A DNA stretch of 64,000 nucleotides from a virus (taxonomy: Duplodnaviria; Caudoviricetes), in IMG/VR virus record IMGVR_UViG_3300020366_000001, positions 96,001-160,000 of that record. One strand, written 5' to 3'. The position numbers and the translations under genes are program-made. How positions within the stretch are numbered: the first letter of the stretch is position 1; each line of letters starts with the position of its first letter. Shown here one piece after another: positions 1-11,436 of this stretch. The notes below the pieces were generated by a model. That model was not told the DNA's origin. It ran no database searches and saw nothing but the letters and a program-made list of their open reading frames with translations.

Positions 1-3000
1 CCAGTTAATTTTCTGTCCAGTAACATTCTCAACGAAAATTAAATTCTGCTGTCCAGGAGTCCAGGACTGCTTGTAGCATCTACCTCTAGAGAATGACTGA
101 ACATAAGGATATGCAACGCCATTAGCATCTGTAGAAACCCAAACATTTGCTCCTTCTACTGGCAGCACCACTTGCTGGTCAACAGTCAGTTTGAAGAACT
201 TACTAAACGTACCAGGAGGTTCAATATTATATCCAAGCAGAATACGCTGAGGATCTAAACCGAAGAAGTACAGAACGAAGCAGTTAGATCCTGCAGCAGG
301 TGCTTCATTGAAAACGATAATATTATCTTCGACACGATAAGCATTTTTGTTTTGCTGAATAACACCATTCAAGATAATGATGATATTTTGACTTCTTTCA
401 GCGTAGAATGGAACGCCATTACGCTCCAATTCAAAAATAGTTTGTGCATCATTAAACTGATCTTCAATACTATCCAGTTTATAGAACTTACCTTGCTTAA
501 ATCCAAAGAACTTCTGTTGAGTACCAGGGGCAATCACACTGGTGCTTTGAATAGTTGTAGTAGCAAGAGATGCTTCGCTCTGAATATCTTCACCGCTAAC
601 AAATTCTTTCTTAGTCATCTCAACCTGAATGCGGTTGGGATTGGGGAAATCTTCAGTAACTGATAGCAAATGATTCTCACCCTCAAATGCTGCCTTTCTA
701 ATAGTGTTTAGAACAATCTCAAACAGCACATTGACAGCAGATTCTACCTGTGCACAATATGGATTTGCACCATAATCGACAGTAATTGTAAGATCTCTGT
801 TGGCGGGAAGAGGACTATGAACAATAGGCCAGTATTCGGGAATAGTTCTGGTGTAAGTGGTCTCGAAAGTATCGGGGTTCTGAATAGCACCACCAACAAT
901 ATCCACCAGAGTATTAATTGTGGATTCTACAACTGCGCACTCATTCGTTTCAACAGTAATGCTGTTATCAACGATCTGAGTGATTCCGTGGGTACCAACA
1001 GGTGTGATAATGTTGTTGCGAATGATATCAGCAGCGAGAGTTTTGACATTGTTGAATACAGTGAGGGTTTCAGTTACTTTTTGGGTAATATGATTCAGGA
1101 AACCATCTCTATCGACATAGAGATCTGCCGCATCATAGACTTTGTTATTACCACCGTATTTTATGTTAAAGATGATAGCGTTCACCATATCCTTAACATC
1201 ATCGACACAATCGTCAGCACTTCCAGGAGAAGATGCACGAGGATATGATTTAATGCTGCCACTACCTTGAGCTACTCCAACGTTGATTGTGATAGTTGTA
1301 GCAGTTACAGCTGTGATTGCTTCAGCAACACCTGATGATGGGTCTGTTGCACGTGGATAACTGTGGTTCGTTGCGTGATTATCAGCATCACAAGTAAATG
1401 TAACACCGTTATCAGCAATAGTAACTGTATTTGAAGTTGTTAAACTATGGGATCCAATCTCAAGAACCATATCTCCAGTTAAAGGATCATATGTTGTTCC
1501 AGCTGCAGCTGTAAATGTTCCTGATGCTCCACCGCCAGCAGTAATTGCATTTCCAACACCACTTACGAAAATATGAGTTCCAGTTCCATAATTGCAGTTG
1601 AATGAGATACCATTTGCCAACAGTTTGACGCTAGTTCCCTCTGCAAGAGTGTGAGTGCCGATATCCAGCATCATCATTCCAGTCAGAGGATCATATGTAC
1701 CATTGGTAGGTGTGAAGGTTACTTCAGGAGAAGCACCAACGTTAACTGTGAAGGTATCGCCAGCAACAGCGGTGATTGCCAATGCCTGCCCAGAAGCAGG
1801 ATCAGTAGAACGAGGATAAGAATGCGGTGTAGCATTCTGATCCATCGTGCATCTAAAGGTAAATGCATTATCTGCGATAGTAATTGTATCGCTAGTTGTC
1901 AAAGTGTGACCAACAACCGTAATTACGAAGTCACCTGTTGTAGGATCGTAAGAAGCATTAGTTGGAGACAGAATAGGACCAGAAGTTACCTGAATAGAAT
2001 TTGTATCTGCCTCTTGGAATGTATGAGTATAATTGCCACCAGTAATAACAGCATTATTGAGTGCACTATCAAAAGTGTGAGTGGCAGGAGAATCAGATTT
2101 GCCAACATCCAAAGTAATGGTTGTGGCAGTAGCGCTGATAATAGGAAGAGCAGTATTGAATGCAGGGTCAGCAATCGTGCCACCTGCGTCAAGCATTCTT
2201 GCAACTGCTTCTTCTGCTATTAGCGCCACGTTAGAAGACAGAAGAGAAGCAGCGTCAATATAGGTATTCCCAACACTGTTCGTGGTGTGGAAAGGATCAT
2301 TATACTTACCAACACTATTAGCAGCAGCACTAACGAACGTGTGGTCGTACTGTTGTCCTGCAGGGCTTGCGCCAACGTTGACAGTAATGGTGTCACTAGT
2401 AACCGAAAGAATGTCGATGATCCTATTATAGTAAGGATCTGTCGTTCTGGGATAAGAATGCGGTGTAGCGTGGTTGTCTTGTGAGCAAGTGAAGACTAAA
2501 CTGTTAGCAGCAAATGCAATGTAGTCATTTGCAGTCAAACCGTGATCAGCAATGGTCAACGTCATATTGCCACTGGTGGATTCATAACTGATGTCAGTAG
2601 GTTGCATTGCAAACGTAACATCATTATATCTCTCAGTGTAAGTTAAATGATCGATGCCGAACTTATTGCGCAGCGAAAGGAATGTCATATCCCTAAGGTA
2701 ACGCATTGACCAGAGAGTTGCCTCAACCTCACCTTCAATATGTTTGATGGTGCCAGTAGACGCAGAAGGATCAATTAGATACTCAGATGCTGCGGCATAG
2801 GTGTTTGCGTTTCCACCAAGTCGTAAATCCTGTGCAATAGACTTAAGAACAGATTTGAGATCAGTAATACATTGGTTTCTGCCAAGTCCAGGATATGTAA
2901 ATCCGTTTTCGACACTAAATGCAGTGGTTGCATCCAGAATACCGACTGCTTCTTCTGCCAAAACAGCAGAGTTGTTATCAACAATGTCTCCAGCATCTAA

Positions 3001-6000
3001 GAATCGGTGATCTTGGAAATAACGCTTAGCAACAATCTCGCCACGTGCACCAGTTGTCTGTCCAACCACATAATCATTAACTAACCAATTGGTAGCATCC
3101 TGAATATCAAGTTCGACAATTTTACCAACCTGTCTAGGTGGTTCTGTAAATTTAACTTTACCAGCACCACCAGCAACTAACTCATATGCAACTCCAGGTT
3201 CTTGAATAACACCATCAAGGGAGATGTGAAGGTGATCTCCATCTAAAACAGGAATACCAAGATCGAATTCCGTAGTAGTACCATCAAAAAGACTGGTGAG
3301 GTTATTTGCTTCCAGCAAATATTGAGAATTCAAAGAGTCATCTTGGAACTTAATCGATTTGCCGTAGAATGTTACGCCAGGAACAAAGATTCCAGTCTTA
3401 GGATCAATATGAGGTCCAATAGGTGGAGTTGCAAATGTAATCGTGCTACCACTTACTGTATATGCAGTATTTGGATCTTGCAGCACACCATCCAAGGTTA
3501 CAATCAATTGATTGGCATTAAATGGAATGAGAACTTCGTTAATACCTTCTTTAAACAAAGTAAACTGGGTTGTGCCAGTTACCGTACCGTCTGTTTGGAA
3601 CGAACCATCAAATCCAGGAGATAGAGCAAGGTCAAATACCTCAATCTCAACATTATTCTGTTCGCTATAGTTAATACTACCCAGACCACGTTGTTTCTGG
3701 AATGAATCAACTCTAACGTGAGATTGTGTAATCTTTCTGGACTTATGTTGTGCAGTGCAACCAAGAACTCCAGGTTCGATGACACTCATAACAGCACCGA
3801 AACCATTATCCTTCGTACCAGACTGAGGTGTGTCAATAGTTTCAGGTTTTCTGGCATTGCCAAAAGATTCAATCAGAACTTCGCCAAACAGGTTGAATCC
3901 TGCAGGGTGAGTGAATTTTTTAACAAAATCTCTCCAATCGTTAATAGAAACGGTGGATTTGACCACATAAGAATAATCTTGATAATAAACTCCATCCTGA
4001 AGTTTCTGCGACACAGCGCTCAGTTTACTGCGGTCACTGCCGTAACTACCAACAGAAGTAGATGTGGAGTCAATTTTAGGAGTAATATTGGCAACGTAAA
4101 TCTTTTGAATGTTTGCCGTACTTAAAAGCGACTTACCAGTGATAGGTCTATCGCCAACAAACTTACCAGTGACACTTTTCAGTCTTAAGATGTTTTGACC
4201 GTCAACCCAATAATCAACACGACCCGTAGCAATCAATTGTTGATCACCGTCGCGTTGCTCAATTAATTCGCCATTTAAGAATGCCTTATCAGGCATATCT
4301 CTCAATGTCATCACAATAGGAGGATTGACCTGAGGAAGCAGCGTAGGATCATTATTGAAGTCTTTACCCGAAGAAATAATCTCCAGAGTTGCTAATCTAC
4401 CAATATCTTCGCCGTGAGCAAATAATTTGTTATCTGACTCGTAAAGACGCAATACAGTGTCTTCGCTGTAATTGGTTCCTTCATTAGTAGGAACAATACG
4501 AGAAACAGACCCATCTGCTCTCAATTCAACGTTGAATTGCGCATTGACACCAGATCCAGTGTTTTCCAACAAAACAATGGGTTTAGAGTAATTTAATCCA
4601 GTATCCTCAACAGTAACCGAAGTAATTCTTCCCTCTTGAATTAATGGTTTGAAAGAACCTCTAAAACGCTTGTTTAAGAAGACACCAGGCAGAATAGGAG
4701 GAATAGTATAGTTTTTACCGCCACTAATGACTTTTACGCTTCTAATCGAACCAATAGCGTATAAAGAATCGGTATAATACTGAACATTAGTAAATCCTTC
4801 TTGCTGAGGAGTATATGGCAGTCTGTAAGCAAATTCGTACTCATATCCATAGAATACAGGATGTTTGCCTGCAAATGGGTCTTCAATCAGAGTAAAGAAC
4901 TGATCTTCGGCATTAATTAGTCCAACTGACTCGCCATAGTAAATTTTTGGCGGAATATCGAGCACAGGTGCAGATTTCCAAGTATTTCCGTCAATTGGAA
5001 TTCCATAACCCAATTGGAAGGTAGTAAATGAATTATTAGTGCCTGGTTTCGCTAAAGACTGATATGCTTGATTTAAAGTCTGCGTACGATAAACATTATT
5101 GTAGAATGTAAGGTTTCTGCCAAGCAGAGACTGATCGCTAGTGTCAAAAATGTACTGATAGGTTCTTTGAACATCTAAAGCGATATTTTTCTTCCATTCA
5201 GAATCTCCATCTTTACGGAAACGGAATCTGAGATCAGAAGCGCTAACACTGGTAATTATTACCTGTTTTCCAGGAGTACTCTCATCAGTGAAGGTTGATG
5301 TGGAAGTAATTTCCGTATCATTCTCATTAATGTAATATACGGTTAAAATGTTGGTGGTTGGGTTGTAAGAGTCAACATATGCAACATTTCCAGAGAAATT
5401 AATCGCACTATCTTTATTAAACCTATAATCTCTAGTAATTAGAGTTACAGGGATATCATCGATGTGATCTACAACTTCAGTATCGTTATATCCGCGCTGA
5501 ACCTGTAACGTATTACCAGCAACCGCAGTAACAAGTAATTCTTCATCAGTAATACGAATTACATCTTGTTCGGATATCTTAAGGCTACTATCAACGATAA
5601 CTTGAGTATCGTCTCTGCCCATACCAGCTGCATCGACAAAGAATTTTGCTTCATTGGATCCAACATTACCGCCTAGGTTTCCAATAGCAGTAGTAAGAAT
5701 ATCGCCATACTTATAACCAGATCCCTTACTACCAACAACAATAGAGACAACTCTACCATCTGCATTGGTTGTGACATTACCAGTAGCAGAAGTACCGCTA
5801 CCAGTACTAGATGTTAAAGGAACGTTGTTAAATGTAGTGCTAGGAGTAAATCCAGAACCTGCATTAACAACATCTAAACGTGCAACGCCACTATCGTTAA
5901 TAGCAGTAGAAGCATCAATCTCAGTTACAGCAATATCTTGGTACTTCTTAGTTTGTACAAAATATTTTTGAGTGGAGATGGAAGAATTGGGTTCTACCGT

Positions 6001-9000
6001 AACAATGACATCATCACCAACAGCAAGACCGTGAACTTTGTCTTGAGTACGCAGAACTGCGATATTATCCTCAACGTCCAAAAGTTTAAATCCTTTAGAC
6101 AGAGAATTAACATCAACAATAGTTGCAGATGCTAAACCAAGAGCAACACCGTCACCTACACTAAAATATCCATATTGACTGTACTGATCTCTCGGAAGAG
6201 TAATAGTATTGCCATCAGTATCAGTGCTAGTTTGTTCTGTTGGGTTGGCAAATTTAAGTTCGACAATAACAGTGTTTTTATCGAATACGTTTCTAATAAC
6301 TTTACCGATTGCTTTTTCGTGAGCAACACCACCAGATTGTGCTGAGAAAACAACCTCATCTCCAATATCAGCAACAACCGTGCCATCAAACGTCAAATTA
6401 TAGATCTCAGTGTCAGAATCTACGGCATCAGTAAGATTAAACGTTCCGCTAACATTTTTGACAACAAATTTATCACCTTCCTCAATGACACCAATCACAG
6501 AAGCAGTTGCACCACTGTTTTGCTGTGTAATGGTTGCTTCGTGATTAATAAAGACAGGTTTATCTGTAATGAGGTAATTATTCTTAGGAGAATTGCAGGA
6601 AAGTGAAGCAACAGTGTGACCTTGAATTTCATTTACTGCAGCAAACAATCCATCACCAGTTTCAGTCGTTTTTGTATCGACATAGATGACATCTTCATTA
6701 GTATAGTTGCCTGAAGAACTGTGCACCTCAATATTAGTCACAGGACCATATTGAACACCACTAATACGAGAAGTAAGCAGTTCACCAGTGTCTACATTAG
6801 CAGCAACTCTGCGTCTGCGAACATCATCAGGCAAATAATTCTGCCTAGACTTAGGTTTCCAGTTTTCTTCAATTGGGAGGTTATAATATGCATCGCCAAT
6901 CGTATATGGATATGCAGGCGCGTCAAGACTGTCAGTAGTGCAGAAATATGCATAAGTTCCATTCGGGAACTCTGGTGTGGTGCAGAAACGTCCGTTATTG
7001 GCGTCCAGATCGCCTAGACGGGCGACATACTCATAGTCATTACAAAATGTACCTAATGAGTATTGCGTCTCGCTAGGAGCGTCTGTACCTCGTGTTGACT
7101 TAAGACGCCAGCTCGAAGACATCCGTGCAATAGAAGCATTTGAAGCGTAGACATCTTGATATGGATCTTGATAGCCAAAAGAACCATAGATCGGGTTACC
7201 ATCGTATGCCCATCCTAGAATTGGTGAGTGTGACTTATTAGTAAGGGGGTTACCCTGACTATCCACATTATCACTCCTAGAAATCTTAAGTGAAGTAGGA
7301 GGGATAATATGACCATATGCCAGACCATATCTGGCATCACTAGAATTAAAGACAACACCAGCAGAGTTGGAGTTATCAATGCTATTATAGAGATATGAAT
7401 TATACTTCCAACGCACTAATTCGCTAGTTCCCTCAGCAGTGCGCATCGTAGGCGCTAAGACAACCGTTGTAGTTTCTAATTGGTAATCAAATCCACCAGA
7501 GAGTTTGGTGAATCCCGTAATCTGACCAGTAGCGGTGTCAATCTGGCAAGTAAACAGTGCACCTCTACCTTTTCCGCTAGCATCGGAAATAACCACCATA
7601 GGTGGTTCTGTATAGTTCTGACCAGGATCGATAACGGTTGCAGTTTGATCAATATCAAGGTAAATGTTCTCAATTTGTCCTTGAGAAATCGTGTGAGTAA
7701 TCTGACCACCAGAACCAGAAGTAAAAGTGACATTTGGAGCGGTAGAGTATCCAGAACCAGGATCTGTGATGGTTACAGTGTCAACTTGACCAGAACCGTT
7801 AATTGTGCAAGTTGCAGTTGCATTACCCTCAATAATAACCTTAGGAGGTGCTGTATATCGCGCACCAGTGTTAGTAATATTGATTTTAGTAAGTGCACCA
7901 AAATCAATGCCATCTACAGACTTGTGGTTAATGATAGGAACACCATTAACGTACAATCCAATATCTTCACTGTCGGTATATTGAATAGTAGATGCTTCCA
8001 GAGGTTTTCTCGGGAAAATCTTCAAATGTTGCTGATCTTGAGGAATTGCAATGTTGTCAAAAGGTCCAATGGCGTATTCTGGGAAACCAGAAGACGCAAT
8101 GAAGTAATTTTCTCTATCTCTGTAGATCGCTTGGACATTTGACAACACAGTATTCTTAATACTGTTAGAACCCAAGTTAGTTGGGTCAAATCCAGTTAGT
8201 TTAGTGGCACTTTCGTTAATAATCCACTCATTAGTTAAAGGAGTGGAATCATAAAACCCAGAAGTCGAAAATTCGACCATATTGTCGAAAGTGACATAAG
8301 GAATGCCACCTGCATCCACATCAAAGTAATTTTGTGCGGTAGGATCGTATTCCAGACCAGCAGACAACTCACCTTCGATGCCAGTAGATGCTAATGACGC
8401 AATCAAACCGTAAATTCGTAAATTTACAGTCTGTTCAATATTATTTTCGTCTAAGTAAACGCCAGCAAGATTATTTTTCGTAAAACAGCGAACTCCCTTC
8501 TTATGAGCAAACTGTCTTTTGTTTTCAACGCCTGCATCACGCTCGTGAATGACAAATTGGGTTGCAGTCTTGCTGCTATACGTAATTTGCTCTTCTCCAA
8601 TCAAGACTCGTCCGTCTTGCTCTGGGAATCCAACTGTAGAGAACACATCGATTCGATCTCCACGACCAGCATTGGGAGAAAGGTCGGTCATTAAGAATGA
8701 ACGACGTGCAATAGCAAATTGACCCTCTTTACTGCCAGGAGAGATGGTCAGTGTGTACTGTAGACTGCCTTGATATGGTTCACCGACAATATTGTCGATA
8801 ATTGCGCTGGCAGGAGTAAGTTCTGGGTTATATGGGTCGGGAGTTTGTCTAATTTCGTTACCAACGATCTTTCTGATGTCACCATCGATAACTTCGACCA
8901 CCAAAAGTTCTTTACTGTTCCATCCAGACTCCGAACTTTTGAAAACACTCTCTTTAGGGTAGAAAATGTCAGGTTTGACACTAAACAGCATCTGGAAAAT

Positions 9001-9618
9001 AAATTCCAGTGACTGGGGAGTACCTTTTACGTTATAGAAGTCACGAATCTTCTTAACGAGTAAGTTTTTGTTGGTTTCGTCTCTAAGGTACTGATATGGG
9101 AAACCAGAAGTATATTGCTCTTCGTAATTCTTGATTAAACCAGCAAGCAACAGGTTGCTCAGATTATTAATCTCCGCAAATTGCTTATGGACTTGTGGGT
9201 TAGTCTCTTCGTAAGTTAAATCGTTATATAAATCGCCAAGTTTTGTCTTTGCGCTATATCCACGGATAGCATTTTTAAAAACATTACCTTCTACACGTTC
9301 ATACAAGAAAATTTCCTGGTCAATCATAATAAGACCATTCCTTCTAGGGAATCCATCGGTCTTATTCGCCAGGATGTCAATTTTTGTTGTTCCGAGTGGA
9401 ATTTCCTGTTGCAGGATGCAAGTCTTAACTAAGACTTCGGGTGCAAATGTGTCAACATCGAGAAATCTCTCGAAATTATTGATAATATCCTGCGGACCCT
9501 CACTGATAGTGAGTGCTTCGTAATATTTGGACAGGAAATTCGTTACTAGAGGATATTCCTCTACGATAAAGTCAGGTAACTGACTTTCGATCAGCGTGGA
9601 GAGATTCGGTCCTGCCAT
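1..9618 (-). CDS. gp7: Baseplate wedge initiator gp7-like giant protein (>3206 aa, runs off the left edge of the window)
   Basis: ATG at 9618 just after the gp6 stop reads MAGPNLSTLIESQLPDFIVEEYPLVTNFLSKYYEAL, the typical cyanophage gp7 N-terminus. The frame is open wherever I checked, including position 1. Contains a YHYH-like segment (HSPILGWAYDGNPIYG...NGRFCTTPEFPNGTYAYF, ~6890-7240) and HSYPRxTDP repeats (~1250-2600). Missing from the track because there is no stop in the window. Confidence 0.85.
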   Translation of the reverse strand, partial: MAGPNLSTLIESQLPDFIVEEYPLVTNFLSKYYEALTISEGPQDIINNFERFLDVDTFAPEVLVKTCILQQEIPLGTTKIDILANKTDGFPRRNGLIMIDQEIFLYERVEGNVFKNAIRGYSAKTKLGDLYNDLTYEETNPQVHKQFAEINNLSNLLLAGLIKNYEEQYTSGFPYQYLRDETNKNLLVKKIRDFYNVKGTPQSLEFIFQMLFSVKPDIFYPKESVFKSSESGWNSKELLVVEVIDGDIRKIVGNEIRQTPDPYNPELTPASAIIDNIVGEPYQGSLQYTLTISPGSKEGQFAIARRSFLMTDLSPNAGRGDRIDVFSTVGFPEQDGRVLIGEEQITYSSKTATQFVIHERDAGVENKRQFAHKKGVRCFTKNNLAGVYLDENNIEQTVNLRIYGLIASLASTGIEGELSAGLEYDPTAQNYFDVDAGGIPYVTFDNMVEFSTSGFYDSTPLTNEWIINESATKLTGFDPTNLGSNSIKNTVLSNVQAIYRDRENYFIASSGFPEYAIGPFDNIAIPQDQQHLKIFPRKPLEASTIQYTDSEDIGLYVNGVPIINHKSVDGIDFGALTKINITNTGARYTAPPKVIIEGNATATCTINGSGQVDTVTITDPGSGYSTAPNVTFTSGSGGQITHTISQGQIENIYLDIDQTATVIDPGQNYTEPPMVVISDASGKGRGALFTCQIDTATGQITGFTKLSGGFDYQLETTTVVLAPTMRTAEGTSELVRWKYNSYLYNSIDNSNSAGVVFNSSDARYGLAYGHIIPPTSLKISRSDNVDSQGNPLTNKSHSPILGWAYDGNPIYGSFGYQDPYQDVYASNASIARMSSSWRLKSTRGTDAPSETQYSLGTFCNDYEYVARLGDLDANNGRFCTTPEFPNGTYAYFCTTDSLDAPAYPYTIGDAYYNLPIEENWKPKSRQNYLPDDVRRRRVAANVDTGELLTSRISGVQYGPVTNIEVHSSSGNYTNEDVIYVDTKTTETGDGLFAAVNEIQGHTVASLSCNSPKNNYLITDKPVFINHEATITQQNSGATASVIGVIEEGDKFVVKNVSGTFNLTDAVDSDTEIYNLTFDGTVVADIGDEVVFSAQSGGVAHEKAIGKVIRNVFDKNTVIVELKFANPTEQTSTDTDGNTITLPRDQYSQYGYFSVGDGVALGLASATIVDVNSLSKGFKLLDVEDNIAVLRTQDKVHGLAVGDDVIVTVEPNSSISTQKYFVQTKKYQDIAVTEIDASTAINDSGVARLDVVNAGSGFTPSTTFNNVPLTSSTGSGTSATGNVTTNADGRVVSIVVGSKGSGYKYGDILTTAIGNLGGNVGSNEAKFFVDAAGMGRDDTQVIVDSSLKISEQDVIRITDEELLVTAVAGNTLQVQRGYNDTEVVDHIDDIPVTLITRDYRFNKDSAINFSGNVAYVDSYNPTTNILTVYYINENDTEITSTSTFTDESTPGKQVIITSVSASDLRFRFRKDGDSEWKKNIALDVQRTYQYIFDTSDQSLLGRNLTFYNNVYRTQTLNQAYQSLAKPGTNNSFTTFQLGYGIPIDGNTWKSAPVLDIPPKIYYGESVGLINAEDQFFTLIEDPFAGKHPVFYGYEYEFAYRLPYTPQQEGFTNVQYYTDSLYAIGSIRSVKVISGGKNYTIPPILPGVFLNKRFRGSFKPLIQEGRITSVTVEDTGLNYSKPIVLLENTGSGVNAQFNVELRADGSVSRIVPTNEGTNYSEDTVLRLYESDNKLFAHGEDIGRLATLEIISSGKDFNNDPTLLPQVNPPIVMTLRDMPDKAFLNGELIEQRDGDQQLIATGRVDYWVDGQNILRLKSVTGKFVGDRPITGKSLLSTANIQKIYVANITPKIDSTSTSVGSYGSDRSKLSAVSQKLQDGVYYQDYSYVVKSTVSINDWRDFVKKFTHPAGFNLFGEVLIESFGNARKPETIDTPQSGTKDNGFGAVMSVIEPGVLGCTAQHKSRKITQSHVRVDSFQKQRGLGSINYSEQNNVEIEVFDLALSPGFDGSFQTDGTVTGTTQFTLFKEGINEVLIPFNANQLIVTLDGVLQDPNTAYTVSGSTITFATPPIGPHIDPKTGIFVPGVTFYGKSIKFQDDSLNSQYLLEANNLTSLFDGTTTEFDLGIPVLDGDHLHISLDGVIQEPGVAYELVAGGAGKVKFTEPPRQVGKIVELDIQDATNWLVNDYVVGQTTGARGEIVAKRYFQDHRFLDAGDIVDNNSAVLAEEAVGILDATTAFSVENGFTYPGLGRNQCITDLKSVLKSIAQDLRLGGNANTYAAASEYLIDPSASTGTIKHIEGEVEATLWSMRYLRDMTFLSLRNKFGIDHLTYTERYNDVTFAMQPTDISYESTSGNMTLTIADHGLTANDYIAFAANSLVFTCSQDNHATPHSYPRTTDPYYNRIIDILSVTSDTITVNVGASPAGQQYDHTFVSAAANSVGKYNDPFHTTNSVGNTYIDAASLLSSNVALIAEEAVARMLDAGGTIADPAFNTALPIISATATTITLDVGKSDSPATHTFDSALNNAVITGGNYTHTFQEADTNSIQVTSGPILSPTNASYDPTTGDFVITVVGHTLTTSDTITIADNAFTFRCTMDQNATPHSYPRSTDPASGQALAITAVAGDTFTVNVGASPEVTFTPTNGTYDPLTGMMMLDIGTHTLAEGTSVKLLANGISFNCNYGTGTHIFVSGVGNAITAGGGASGTFTAAAGTTYDPLTGDMVLEIGSHSLTTSNTVTIADNGVTFTCDADNHATNHSYPRATDPSSGVAEAITAVTATTITINVGVAQGSGSIKSYPRASSPGSADDCVDDVKDMVNAIIFNIKYGGNNKVYDAADLYVDRDGFLNHITQKVTETLTVFNNVKTLAADIIRNNIITPVGTHGITQIVDNSITVETNECAVVESTINTLVDIVGGAIQNPDTFETTYTRTIPEYWPIVHSPLPANRDLTITVDYGANPYCAQVESAVNVLFEIVLNTIRKAAFEGENHLLSVTEDFPNPNRIQVEMTKKEFVSGEDIQSEASLATTTIQSTSVIAPGTQQKFFGFKQGKFYKLDSIEDQFNDAQTIFELERNGVPFYAERSQNIIIILNGVIQQNKNAYRVEDNIIVFNEAPAAGSNCFVLYFFGLDPQRILLGYNIEPPGTFSKFFKLTVDQQVVLPVEGANVWVSTDANGVAYPYVQSFSRGRCYKQSWTPGQQNLIFVENVTGQKINW

Positions 9619-9621
9619 TTA

Positions 9622-11436
9622 TCAGATGAGTGCTTCTTGTTGAACGAGGAAAACGCTACTAGAGAGATCAAGACTTAAATATGCCTCACGCAAAGCATAA
9701 ATGTCTTTGTTCACGGGTAGAACACGTAGTTCTATCCTGTTGTCGTCGTAGGTACCTTTGATTATATTTAACCGATTCAGCATTACCTCTCCTTTGAGGT
9801 AATCTATGGTACCTTGCTGTTCGTTGAGGACAAATCTGTCCTGGGTGGTAGGATCGATCTTATAAAGGTAGACATTACCTTTTTGATCGTCTGCCAGATA
9901 GACAATATCCGTAGGAAAGTCAGAAACAACAAACCCAGTAGATTGAACAGAAGGATTAGAACAACCTGATTTAACTGTGTTCTGATAGCAGATTTCATAT
10001 TGTGTAACAGTATTCAGAATGGGGTAAAAATCCTTCCTTAATTTAATATCAGTTTCGTTAGATGTAATAGATGTCTCTGTAGAATCAATAATTCCGACGA
10101 TACGAGAATATTTGAATCTACCATTGAACTTTTCAAGATCTGATGTACTCCTATAAGAAGTCAGGGACTGATTAACCTTAGATTTGATCTCTGCTTCGGT
10201 TAAGTCAGTCTTTGATTTGTTATAATAGATCTTTGAATTTAGTTCAACGTAAGTAATGGACGGATCAATAATTTCTGGGGTAACAGAAACAACCGAATAT
10301 TTTTTAAGTTGCGTTACAATAAGATTCTTCGTATATTGAGAAAGTTTTGTAGAGAACTTAGGTTTAATTACGATTTTGACTTTACCGTACTCTGGTGGAT
10401 CAGCGTCTTCTCCACCGAAAGATACAATGTCAGCAATCGAAGGGTAAATATTACGGATAATGGATTCGTAGTCGTCTGCCGTAACTGCACGACTTTGGGT
10501 ATTGAAAAATTTCGGAGCATTTCGTTTAATCGAATCAATCGATTCAAGTTCTTCACCTCCTGTGGCTGCACTTACTGTGGTAAGATTAATCGTAGGTCCA
10601 TAATTAGAGTTGCCAAGGCTATCTTCTAATAAAGCACCGAACGTAAACACTCTAGCGTTATTAGCTACATTACCGTTGGTGGTAATATAGGTGATCTCGA
10701 TATAATTGTTGGTTTTTAGTTTCTTACCTAAGATACCATCACCAAAAATAATCTGATAACGCTCATCTTCTCCCTCTTGGAGGAAGAAAACATTTGAAGT
10801 TCCATCAAAACCGATAATATTATCTGCCAGACGGAACTCAGTAAAAGTAGTATCGCTTATCGTGTCTCTAACAATAATTTTAATCGTGCTTGTGTCAATA
10901 TTGGAGTTCTTCAGTCTAAAACGCTGAGGAATTGCAGCGTTGTAAGTATATGTCTCTGACACATAATTTCCTTCCTTGATTTCAACGTTATTAAACGTAG
11001 CGAGAGAGTTGGAATCAAGATTGGAGGTATAATCTTTATCAGTAATGAAGGAGTATGTTACTCCATTAATACGAGTGAGAAACTGTGACCCTCTTGGGAG
11101 TCTCACCGTAGTGGGAACGTTATTCTCTGCAGCGTAACTTGCCTCGAAGTTGATAACTGCAGTTGGTGCGGTAGAAGACTTGGGTAAGTAACCGATTTGC
11201 TTCGCCAGAGACACCACATTGTCCCTGAGAGTCGCTGATTCAAGGAATGCCTCATTGACTACCATATTGGCGTTAAACGCCGTGTAGTACGTATTATAGG
11301 CAAGTACATCCAACAGGACCGAAAGAGTCGATCCTTCAAAGTCATAATCAGTAAAATCGCTATTTGAGCGAAGGTACTCTTTTAAAGATTGCTTGACTTG
11401 ATCAAAGTCTAAGTTTGCAACTTGGATGTAGGACAT
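9622..11436 (-). CDS. gp6: Baseplate wedge subunit gp6
   Basis: LDFDQVKQSLKEYL...FTDYDFEGS.LSVLLDVLAYNTYY and RAVTADDY motifs; lies between gp25 and gp7. Confidence 0.95.
   Translation of the reverse strand: MSYIQVANLDFDQVKQSLKEYLRSNSDFTDYDFEGSTLSVLLDVLAYNTYYTAFNANMVVNEAFLESATLRDNVVSLAKQIGYLPKSSTAPTAVINFEASYAAENNVPTTVRLPRGSQFLTRINGVTYSFITDKDYTSNLDSNSLATFNNVEIKEGNYVSETYTYNAAIPQRFRLKNSNIDTSTIKIIVRDTISDTTFTEFRLADNIIGFDGTSNVFFLQEGEDERYQIIFGDGILGKKLKTNNYIEITYITTNGNVANNARVFTFGALLEDSLGNSNYGPTINLTTVSAATGGEELESIDSIKRNAPKFFNTQSRAVTADDYESIIRNIYPSIADIVSFGGEDADPPEYGKVKIVIKPKFSTKLSQYTKNLIVTQLKKYSVVSVTPEIIDPSITYVELNSKIYYNKSKTDLTEAEIKSKVNQSLTSYRSTSDLEKFNGRFKYSRIVGIIDSTETSITSNETDIKLRKDFYPILNTVTQYEICYQNTVKSGCSNPSVQSTGFVVSDFPTDIVYLADDQKGNVYLYKIDPTTQDRFVLNEQQGTIDYLKGEVMLNRLNIIKGTYDDNRIELRVLPVNKDIYALREAYLSLDLSSSVFLVQQEALI

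Noticed and set aside
352-9012. Many plus-strand and short minus-strand ORFs in the track
   Set aside because: Shadows of the single minus-strand gp7 frame starting at 9618, which the track missed because it has no stop in the window.
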